Below, piece by piece: positions 39,041 through 49,640 of a stretch of DNA of 64,000 bases. Source of the stretch: Camelus dromedarius (Eukaryota); NCBI RefSeq assembly GCF_036321535.1, contig NC_087436.1, positions 44,208,001 to 44,272,000 on the forward strand. The letters are read 5' to 3'. The number at the start of each line of letters is the position of its first letter. Positions within the stretch are counted from its first letter, which is position 1. The notes beneath the pieces are model-generated. The model did no database searches and was not told the DNA's origin. It saw only the letters and a program-made list of their open reading frames with translations. The position numbers and the translations under genes are program-made.

Positions 39041-41829
39041 ATATTAAGTATCAGAGATATTGCTTTGCCCATGACATACGTTCAACAGTTGGTTCTAAAA
39101 ACTTTTGGCTCTAAAAGCCTCTGGTTCTGTTGTATCATGCTATGTGTTACACAAATACACAGTGAAATTTAGCAAAATGAAGAGGAATTTGAAGGTACTT
39201 TTAAAACTAATAAACTATTTACTGGGCTGGAGTTATCAGGTAACTGAATATTACTTTGGAATGAGAAATTCAAAAAGTAATATGTTTATCTATACTTTTA
39301 AGTCTTAGGCTTTCTGTACCTTCAGTATTTAATTTATTAGGCTTATAATGCTGACCTTTCTTGATTTTGGTCATATTCCCAAGCTGTTTGAGAACGACAG
39401 ACAAAAGGGTAACTGTCTTGTATACATATTATTTTCTTCCTTTTCTGGGGGATCTAAGATTATGGGGGGAAATATTAGATATAATCACTATTTTTCTTAA
39501 GGGCACTAAACAGATAATCATAGAATTAAAGGGAAAAACAGGCATTCAGCTGTTACAGATTATTATTTTTTAAAAAATTCAACACAGATAATGCCTCAAA
39601 AACAAGTTAAGGTAATATTGTTTGTTTTTCTTGTGATGCACATTTTATGTGGGAGAAAATCAGAATAGACCTGTGCATGAATAGAGAATTGTAATCTGTT
39701 TGTCCATAAAATAATAAAGAATTCCTTCCAGTGAAGTAATCAAAGTGGTGTTTTCAAGCAAGTGTTAAATTGCTTCTTGTTTAATGGGGAAACAAATTTG
39801 AACCAGAAAGAATCTCTGTTTAGTAAGAACTTTTATGGTATGTCCATTCAGCTACCATGTCACACGACCTAAACAACTGGGTTTGTAATGTTCAGAAAAC
39901 AAAGAAATCATAACAAAAGTGTCAAGAAAAGAGTATGTCTGAACAGTAAATACTTTTTGCTTTAAGACTTGCCAGTGGGTCATCTAAAATCGCAAGCTGC
40001 ATAATATTTGTGCTGTAAACAGTCATGATGTTTCCACCTATGCTCATTTGTTTACTACGTATATGACACCAGTGGAGTTCAGTTAAAAACAGTTTAACCA
40101 CACAGGTACCAAAGGAATGTGTAATTTATTGAGTTTGGTAAATCCAGCTTTGCTAAAACCACCTAGGTTTTTCCTAAGGTGGCACATCATGTTAGCTGTA
40201 TAGTGGGACATAGACTTTAGGAAAAGTGATAATTAATCATGTAACAAATGAAACATTTTCCAGTTGTTCAAATATGATGCATGTGGTGGGTGAAATGGTA
40301 AATTACTTTGGCCTCACAGCCAAAATATCTGCTGTTTACTTGTCTGTTTGCCTGTTGTTTTTCTTTTATTCCTGCAGGAACCATTATCTGAGGTTAAAAT
40401 CAAATTTTCCTAAGATGTAGCTATTACTTTTGGGTAGACATCACTCTTAGAATGGAAAATATCTAAAGGTGTTTTCATTTCTGACTCTGACTGTGGTGAA
40501 GATGATAGGCATTCCAGGAAGCTTGGTAAATTTATCTAGCATTAGCTTATTAACTAGATGCTTTGCTGTTATTCTTGCAATGAGAATGTTGTACATATTT
40601 TCTGCTTTTTTGTCCTCCTTTTATTTCACCTATTGATAATTTATAAATATATGAACAAATTCTGACTTGAAGTGAAAATTCAGTAAAATTGAAAGTGGGC
40701 AATGTATTGAAGAAAGATGGAAATCTTTGTGAGAAACATTATAACAAGAGTAAGAAAACCTTTCTTTGTAGGCAGTCACTGACTTATAGGAAACATATTT
40801 TAAGGACTTGTATTTTTAAGAAAAAATATTAAAGTGGTCCATATAGTCACTTTTAGGAGTCAGACCAGAAAAGAGGGAGAATGTGGGGGGATTATGGTAG
40901 AGGAATGAGATCAGAGGGAATCTGGAGGGTCAGAGTGCCATTGCCCTTTACCACTGCTCTTTGAAATACTGACAAAGAATTCCGTCTTCTTTGCTAAGTA
41001 ATATAGATTCTTATTCTAAATGTATTAGTGTTTCTTTGAAGAAAAAAAATTCCCCAAGGAATTCTAGAGGCTTCTCTAATAGATAATGAAGTGGCTAAAG
41101 ATTTAAAATTTTATTTTGAAGGAAAAGTTACTGTCTTTTTCCATACTTATCATTGATTCATTCATATTTATTGGGCTGGTCATCAGATAAGAAACTGAAG
41201 ATCTGATGATGATGTAGGCATATAACTTGCCTTTGGGAAGCTTAAATGAATAGGTGGTGCAGCAACTATCTGGGGATTTCTTGATATATGTTAAAAAAAA
41301 ATAGCCTATTTTAACTGGTATTTCTCATCCTGTACCTAGTCATGATACACATATAAAATAATAATGTTTGCAATGCACACTGGGATAATATTCAGGGAAT
41401 TTATGATGATAATAATAAAATACAGAGGAGCATGGGAAAAATAAATATTTAATTTACATTAAAATTAAATATTTAATTTATCTATCATAAAGATAGAGAA
41501 AATAATTTGAAAAATTTTAGTAAAACTTTTAAATTATGATATATTCAAATTCTTGGTAATAATCACATTAATTATTTGCATAAATAGCAAAGAATGTTTT
41601 TAAAATGCATTTTTACCATTTAAAAATTTATGCCAGTTGAAATTATTATCTACAAATCTAAAAACTTTTAATTTTCTTCAGTAACAGATGTAATGTTAGA
41701 ATATCTTGTGATAATGTAAGTAGGTGTAGAATCTAATCAGACTTTTTCATATCAAGAATTTAAAATAATAAAGCTATAATCACTGGAAATGCATAGATAA
41801 CTAGATCAGTCACCCTGCAGCTCAGTTGT

Positions 41830-42410
41830 ACACTACTTCATGGGCATACAAGCAACATCAAAGAGAAGTGGAGCAAAGGTGGAGACTGGCGGGTACGGCC
41901 CGGAAGTGTGCTTGCCAGCCTCCCGCTCAGCTTGCCAGCCAGACCTTTGCAGCTGTACCTTAAGTTGTATGCTGTGTTCCATGAGTGCCTGTTATATGAA
42001 CTCCTTCAGTAGCTCCTTGGGCTCCAAGTCCACGATGGGAAACAGTGTGCTGACTACTGGAGTAGATGTTCAGGTAATATATCATACTTGGCTGGATGAA
42101 TAGCATGTCATGGTAGAACAGTGAATGGCTTCATGTCATTCTTAGTTTTTACTGCCCATGGGGATTTTATGGCACACCATCAACCTTCACTCTACTGGAA
42201 CGGCCCTTTGTGGAGCTCTGGAAAAAGCTGTTTATGTCTGGAGATGACTGGCCTAGAAACTCTGACCACTCCAGACTCTTCCCAGATGATCTAAGGGCTA
42301 ATAAGATTGATACAGTTATAGCACATCTGTAACCCACCTGCAGCACAATGGAAGGGTACTTGCAGCCAAATGCGTTCTTTACTGATATAGAGGGCAATCT
42401 AAAAAAAAGG
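41830..42410 (-). pseudogene. Candidate decayed coding sequence (processed pseudogene or dead exon); parent gene not recognised
   Basis: GC-balanced block within very AT-rich flanks, with minus-strand GC3-rich codon runs interrupted by stops and an apparent frameshift. Confidence 0.35.
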
Positions 42411-42578
42411 GCTGCACCATGCACTTAAAATTTAAGAAGCTATTTCTCTACTATTTTGGAATTATATAAAAATTTGTTTTTACAAAGTAAAAATTAGGAC
42501 ACAGTAAGTTCTTTACAAATTTTGTAGATTTCCAGTGCATTAAGAGCTCGTGGCTTTTGAAAAGAGGTATAATTGCGC

Positions 42579-42580
<2 letters not shown>

Positions 42581-42620
<40 letters not shown>

Positions 42621-42630
42621 TGTGTGTGTG
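42581..42630. repeat. (TG)n microsatellite with one interruption
   Basis: Seen directly. Confidence 0.97.
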
Positions 42631-42848
42631 AATTCAATGCTTTTAATGTAAATCAAGCAAACCATTCTCAGTGCTGAGTGTGTTCTCATTATTTGGGCAG
42701 CTAGGCAGTCCTTGTGTTGTACAAAGAAAATTACAAAGCATGTGTCATCTGTTATCCACCCAAGGGAAATTGAAGAAGACATGAGTGACTCTCCCTTTGG
42801 ATATAGTTTAGGTTGTTGGCATTCAGGAATCTACTTACAGAAGCTCGG

Positions 42849-43311
42849 TGTATTAGGCTTCTCCAGAGAAACAGAATCAACAGGATGTATACATCTCTAT
42901 CTCTATGTCTATGCTTATCTCTATCTCTGTCCTATCATATCGATGTCTAGAGAGAGAGTTATTTTATGGAATTGACTTATGTAATTGTGGAGGCTTGCAA
43001 GGTCAAAATCTGCAGGATAAAGTAGCAAGCTGGATGCCCAGGGGATAGTTGATGTTGCAGTTCAAGTTCAAAGGTAGTCTGCTGACAGAATTACCTCTTC
43101 CTCAGGGGGAGATCAACCTTTTTATTATGGCTTTCAACTGTTTGGAAGAAGCCTAGCCACATTATGGAAGGTAATCTGCTTTGCTCAGAATCTACTGATT
43201 GAAATGTTACTCTTATCTTAAAAATGCTTTCACAGCAACCTCCAGACACATTTCACCAAATATCTGGGTACTGTGGCCTAGCCAAGTTGACTCATAAACT
43301 TAGCTATTACA
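42849..43311 (-). mobile_element. MLT2B/MLT2D-like ERVL solo LTR
   Basis: tgtattaggcttctccagagaaacagaa ... ccaaatatctgggtactgtggcctagccaagttgactcataaa..attaca; TG...CA termini. Confidence 0.9.
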
Positions 43312-43932
43312 TGAGGCCAATTATTAACTTCTTCCTTTAGGTAGTTACTAGCTGGAGTGTCAGTGACACAGGGAAAGTCCAAGTTTAATCCAAACCTCAA
43401 CAGTTTTCTCCTAAATATGAGCACCTAGATCTCATTGTTCCTAGAAGAAACAAACAGGGTTTTACTTTTTCCTCATCTCTTCCTTAGGATTGCTAAATGT
43501 TAGATACTCCCCATACCTCAACCAAGAAGTCACTTCTGTAAATGTCTACACAGAATTCTTAACAAAGGATTGACTGATATGAGTTGACAGCTTTTCTGGA
43601 GCAGAGATGAGTTGAAATACAATGGAATTCCATCTTTTACCTTCGCAGCTAGAGAGAAATGATTTGACATTGTTATCACGATGTAATTATGGTCCGTGGG
43701 GACATTATGCTATGATTTAGCCTGCTGGTTGAGCTCTTAAAACTGGTGAACTTACTTATACATAAAGTTGGAATTTGGTCATGTCTTCTTGATGATGCAA
43801 CCACTTACCTAGTTAGTTGAGAAACATCCCCTTTTGCAGTTAAAGGAATCAGGGCCATCACTTGAGCACAGCATTCATATATTAGCTCTTAAATTAGTTG
43901 GATAGCAGATGTCAGATGGGCAGAATAAAAGT

Positions 43933-44170
43933 AGGTAACATTTATAAAATACTCATCATAATCCTAGGCTCAGTTCCAAGTGAATGAATTAGGTAAATTA
44001 ATCCTCATAGAACCCTAGGAGTGAGTCCACTTATCCCCATTGTACAGATAAGAAATCTGAAGTAGAAAAAGCCTCAACAGATCTCTTGGCCACATAGCTA
44101 GTTAGTGACAAAGTCAGGACTCAGATCCAGGGAGCCTGGCTTTAGAGTTTGCTCCTAACTGCAGCACCAT
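43933..44170 (-). mobile_element. MIR SINE
   Basis: ttaatcctcata..ttatccccattgtacagataagaaa..gccacatagctagttagtgac. Confidence 0.8.
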
Positions 44171-45765
44171 CCTGGGTGTTGAATAAAAGAAGCAAGTTAC
44201 AGAGCCCTCAGACAGGCTGGTCCCAGGTCATGGAGCCACATTAACAGAGTGAACAATGGCTGGCATTTTTTTTTTTTTTTCTTTCAGACCAGAACGGAGG
44301 GAGCAATCCCCAGTAGGAATCTACTAATGATAATTATGCTGGAAATGCACACTGACCAATTTAAAAAACAGGGGCTTAGGTGATGATTCTAACATGGAAA
44401 AGCACTTTTTTGGTGCTTTCACATGACATGAAAAGGACTGAAGTGCAGAGAAAAGATCAAAGAAACATGGGCAGTTCTAGGAGACAGGGAAGACAGAATG
44501 CACCAGAGACCACACTTTTGATCATATTTGCTAAGAATTTTCATCAGTTCTTCGGAGAAGGTAACTGGAAATTTATATTTCAGCTGTATTGCATATAAGT
44601 TGTAGTTTGGGTATATACATATAATTATGCTAAACTTGTCTATTAATTAGATATAATTATAAATAGGCTTCATTCAATACTACAGGTTTAGTGATTATTT
44701 GGTAATTCCCTTAATTTTCTTCATGAAGCCTGAATTAGAGGATGCTTTTGAGCTATTGTAGCTTGAGTGCCCGTCTGGACTCGGCAACCCTGCCTTGACT
44801 GTCACGGTCAAAATTCTGATGGTGATGATGGTCGGTCTGCCCCTTTTATAATGATGCCTGAGTGTGCTATCTGAAGTCTGTTCTGCACAGAAATTCACAA
44901 CAATTGGCTTCCCGCAGTAAGTGGCCCTCCACAGTGCCTAGCTCCTAGACATTGTGTCTTAACTCTGTTCGGGTAGAAATGAATGTTCGGGTGCTCTTGA
45001 ACAAACCACTGATATCAGAAGCATGAGGAGGGCTGATTAGAATGAGGAGTAACAGCAAGAGCTGTTGAGCCGTTTGAATACTTCAGCAGAAAAGATTAAA
45101 AAAAGAAAACTTATCTGCAAAACTGATTATGTGGATAGTCTTCAGAATGATCTAGAGGCTTTGGAGTGAGCAGGCCGTCACCGAGCTTGGCTGTGGTTAT
45201 AAGATGCTCATTCTTTTCTTTTACATTCCTGGCTGAGGTTCAAATTCGTTGAGGTGGCAGGTTAAGGTTCTGCACTGCTGTCAGCATCTTTGTGGGCATC
45301 TGAGAGGGCACGGGGCCTGCCCATGGCAGTGAGTCAGGCACGGTCCTCCCTTTCCACACCAGAGCTCTGGGTGAAATGTCGGCAAGGCCAGCCTTGGGAC
45401 TGCAGCAGGGTCTGCACCAAGGGAGTGCCCTGACTTCCACCTAGTGGCAGTTGCAAATGGGTCAGCCACTCTTCCCTGCTGAGGCACATTTCAGGCAAAT
45501 AGCCTTTCCAAATATGGGACTCAGGATGGTGAACTGCTTCCTTTAGGGACAGGCCAATTCTGGTTGCTACCAGAAGTATAACCTGGTTGGGTGATCTTCA
45601 GAGAGAAATTTTTAATTTTGCAGCAAGTATCATTTATACACATAGTGTGTGTATCTACATTAATTTCTCTTTATATGTAGATTCAAAAGTATGAGGTAAT
45701 GTTCTCAACAGAGGGAAAATGAAAACTTCATAGCAGAGTTAATTTAAATTAATCTTAAAAGTTAA

Positions 45766-45890
45766 GGGGGGAGGGTATAGCTCAGAGATAGAGTGTGTGC
45801 CTCATAAGCACAAGGTTTTGGGTTCAACCCCCAGTACCTCCATTTAAAAAAAAAAACCTAATTACCTCCCCATCCTCCCTCCCCACCAAA
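45766..45890 (+). mobile_element. tRNA-derived camelid-type SINE (Vic-1-like)
   Basis: gggggagggtatagctcag (A box)...gggttcaacccccagtacctcc (B box), then an A-run and cctaattacctcccc tail. Confidence 0.85.
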
Positions 45891-45953
45891 AGTATACAGT
45901 GTATGTTAATTATATCTCAATAAAACTGAAAGAAAAAATTTAAAAAATAAATG
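45891..45953 (+). mobile_element. L1 extreme 3' terminus with A-rich tail
   Basis: tgtatgttaattatatctcaataaaactg followed by an A-rich tail matches the recalled L1 3' end. Confidence 0.65.
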
Positions 45954-46649
45954 AAAGTTAAAATTTCATGTTTTTCAATAATTATAAAAAAGCAAATATA
46001 TGACTAAATGCATCTCTGCTCTCGAAATTACTGTTTTATTGGACATAGAGTACAATAATGCTATACTCTAGATTAATTTATTACATTTTTCAACCACTTG
46101 CATTCATGAATATATGTTACTTCACTTGGAAAACTAAGAAAACTAAAATATTGATATATGGGAACTCATCCTTATCTTTGATTACATCTTTCCCCATAAG
46201 AATTTATACATAAAATATACTCTCAGGCATAATTAATGACCGTTCAGGATATTTTTACTTCTTAGAAATTATTTGCAATGTCTTTTAACTTGGAAAAATC
46301 AATCTTTTATTTCTTCTTTTGTGCATTACTTAACAACTACTTTAATGTCCTCAAAGTTCAGCTTCTATTATTCAATTTAATTCTCTAATTCTGAATATAA
46401 TGTTCCAGTATAGTGTTAAAATACAGTAACACTATTAATGTTGAGAACATGTGTTAGATTCCATTTGGTTATTGTTGAGATTAATAAAATATTATTCTAT
46501 AAAAATAAAAGTATTATTTATTTCTAGTTTTAAATGTGTGCTATGAGTATAATAATATGGAACTGTAAAAATTAAATTCAAATTCTTAGGACTTGGGTCA
46601 AGATGTAAAGTATAGAATAGGGCTTTTTAAAAGTAGCATTTTACAGGCA

Positions 46650-46850
46650 AGGAGACAAAATTGAGCATCAGTTTTGGGTCAGCTAGATGGGCCTTGGGCA
46701 AAGAAAGCGGCATCTTAGTTACAATTTTCTTATTTGAAAAATTCACATAATAAAATATACATAACATTCCTTTGATGATAAACATCTAATATTTGTAGAG
46801 CACCTAGTATAATGGTGAGAACATAGCATTCAAAAAGGGTGACAGCTTTT
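46650..46850 (+). mobile_element. Degraded MIR
   Basis: ccttgggcaa..aattttcttatttgaaaaat..ataataa..tgtagagcacctag. Confidence 0.5.
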
Positions 46851-48355
46851 GTTCTGATAATGATTTGTGACAATAGTATTACATTTACTTCTCAGATAAC
46901 AAATAATTCTGTGCTTTACATTGAAAAGAACATATTGTTTATAAGTGACAATGCAATAAGCTTTTAACATTTTTATTGATTTCTTTAGAATTATATTAAA
47001 ATTAATATTTCTTCTTCTTGTCTACAAAAATATGACTAAACAAACTCTCCTTTGAGATTATATTTTTGCTGACAAAAAGACTGACTACTTTTCTGATTAA
47101 TTTTATATGTTTCTCTTCCTGCTTCTTTACCTTAGATTTTTGCTCATAAGAAATGTGGTTTTTCTCAAGAAAAATAAAGAATTGTCTATGATACACATGG
47201 ACTAAATTCCATTATTTTATTCTGGTCAACTATAGATATTCTCAAATACTAGTGCTTGAAATTAAGCAATCAAAAATATCATAATTGATTAAATTATCAG
47301 CCTATGTAGTATACAAAAATTATTTATTGTTCCATCATTAATTTGTGAAAATTTATTTCCCTCCCCTGGTTTAAAAATTGTGATTAAATTAAATTTAATG
47401 AAATACGTTTGACCCTAGCTCTTCACTGAGAAAAGATCTTTTAGATACATGAAATTACAAATTGTACCATCATTTCCATTAAGCCTTATTTTCTTCCTTT
47501 TTAAAACTGTCTTGTCCTTTTTTAAATGTCTCAGCTTACTAAAATGACTATAGTATTGAATCTGTCCATATCGATCTTAGACTTACAGCTTTGGCTCAAT
47601 TTATGGGAGCTCCCATAAATTTGAGGAGGATTCTGGTTGCTGATAAAAGAATTTCAATCAACCAATGCAGAAATCACAGTAACTTGGGTCTACTTACTCA
47701 GACACAGTGTTCTCAGACTACACAAAAGATGAAACTTGTTCATTCTCTGTTTTAGACTTTACCCTCCTCATTAGCGGCTGAACCCCCATTCAGGTTGCAG
47801 AGTTGGTTATTCAAGGAGCTCTGCCCCAGCAGGGAGTGTGCTGTTGTGCTGCTCCCCTCACTCCCTACCCTTCTCCTTGTTTATGGCCATGAAGTCTGCC
47901 CAGGTAGTCCCTGCATTGCTGGAAGTGGAGGCCCAGAAATCTGTTTATTTCACAAATAACAGCGGGTAGTGAAATTCTTTCTGTTACTTAACTTTGGGTC
48001 CCAACAACTCTAGCTTCATCGGTGACTTTAATATCAGGCAGCAAAACATCATCAACTACATCTTGAAAAGACTATAAATATAGAGATTGGCTTTGGTAAT
48101 AGCAAAACTGTAATCTAAAGGCAGTAAGGGAAAATACTCTGGAACTAGGAAAAAGGATCTAGGGAGAAGAAAGATAGAGGCAGACCAAGTCTTTCACTTT
48201 AAGTTTTTGTTTTGCTTGCTTGCCCTAGAGCTTATTTCTAAAATATTACAGGAGAATATTTCATACATATGCATGTACATGTATATTATGTGTATATTTT
48301 AATTGAGACATATGTATATGTATGTTCATCTATCCACACCTATATAATCTATATA

Positions 48356-48568
48356 CAGTTGACCCTTGAATAACACGGGTTTGAACTGCATGGGTACACT
48401 TATACGTGGATGTTTTTCAATAGTCAGTACTACAGTACTACATGATTTGTGGTTGGCAGAATCTGTGGATTTGGAACCACGCGTACAGAGGGCCGACTAT
48501 AGTTATACATGATTTTTGACTGTACAGGGGTCTGTGCCCCTAACCCCAAGTTGTTCAAAGGTGAACTC
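48356..48568. mobile_element. MER8 (Tigger-family MITE) with TA TSD
   Basis: Terminal inverted repeats cagttgacccttgaataac / gttgttcaaaggtgaactc, flanked by TA on both sides. Confidence 0.85.
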
Positions 48569-49164
48569 TATATGTATACACAGTGGATCTTATTAATTTT
48601 ATAGGTTTAATATAAGACTCCACTTGGGTTGAATTTATGCTATCATTGATAAATAAGAAACAAAATAAACAATTTGGTTGTATTTTCTTTTTCAATAATA
48701 AAGCAGAGATATCAAGTTATTTCTTTCTGTTCAGTTTTTATTAATGTCATAAATCAGGCCAACTTCTTTCATTTCAGGGATTATATTTTACACACAAAGC
48801 CTTAGCAAACATTAACTCTTTCTATACAAAAGAAATGAGAAAGTTTTATTGTATTTTTCCTTATAAATTACATCAAATTCTACTTTTCATAAAGCTTAAT
48901 AGCTCAGCATAAGAAAAATATATCTGTCTTTCTGAGTCATGTATTTATGTCTTGATACATTTAGTTTTCTAGGGAGTCTACTTATGATTGAGGTTTTCTT
49001 TGTAGGAACAGCAATGATGGAGAAAAGAAAGCAAGAATAGAAAACAGCACATTTAGTTAGTAAGCTTTTGATGTCCTTCCTCTTCCCACCTCTCCCAACC
49101 TTGACTAAAATGAATATAATTAACATATTAATAAAGTGTATCATCTACTATGCAATAGCTGTTA

Positions 49165-49640
49165 GATCACTCCACCTAGCTCTGTAAAGGACATTTCTAG
49201 AGGATTGTGTTCAGTTCTGGGTATCACACTTCTTAAGAATATATTAAATTACTTCTGAGGGAAAGGACCAAGAAGACAAGGGACTTAAAACTATCCCACG
49301 TAGGAAGAACGAACAGAGCTGTGCCTACTTAATAGGTGAAGAAAAGGCTCAGGAGAATAGCTTCAACTATCTCAAGGCTTTTTCCTGGAGGAGAGTTGAG
49401 TTTATTCCACGTGGCCCTGAAAATGGACACAACTACTAGGTGAGGCTATAATGCAAGGATTTTGTCTAAATATAAAGATGAGTTCCCCTATGGTCAAATA
49501 TGCTCAGAGAAAGAACCAGCAATTTGAGAAACAGTGTGAGGGTTGAACATAGTCTTGACAAGGAGTGGCTCTGTTATTAGAGGTGTGGTTGGATTAACTT
49601 ATCTTTGATGGTCTTTCCAAACCTGAGATTCTGTGATTCT
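49165..49640 (+). mobile_element. L3/CR1 3' fragment
   Basis: ttgtgttcagttctggg..cacactt; ends ggtctttccaaacctgagattctgtgattct, the CR1-type terminal repeat. Confidence 0.8.

Noticed and set aside
41438..41480. AT-only palindromes (aaattaaatatttaattt), also near 54455-54520
   Set aside because: Low-complexity AT sequence in which such palindromes are common.
44695..44898. Minus-strand 67-aa ORF as a coding exon
   Set aside because: No recognisable homology and no partner exons.
45766..45842. tRNA gene
   Set aside because: A and B boxes are present, but it has a SINE tail, a TSD and a degenerate cloverleaf, so it is a SINE.
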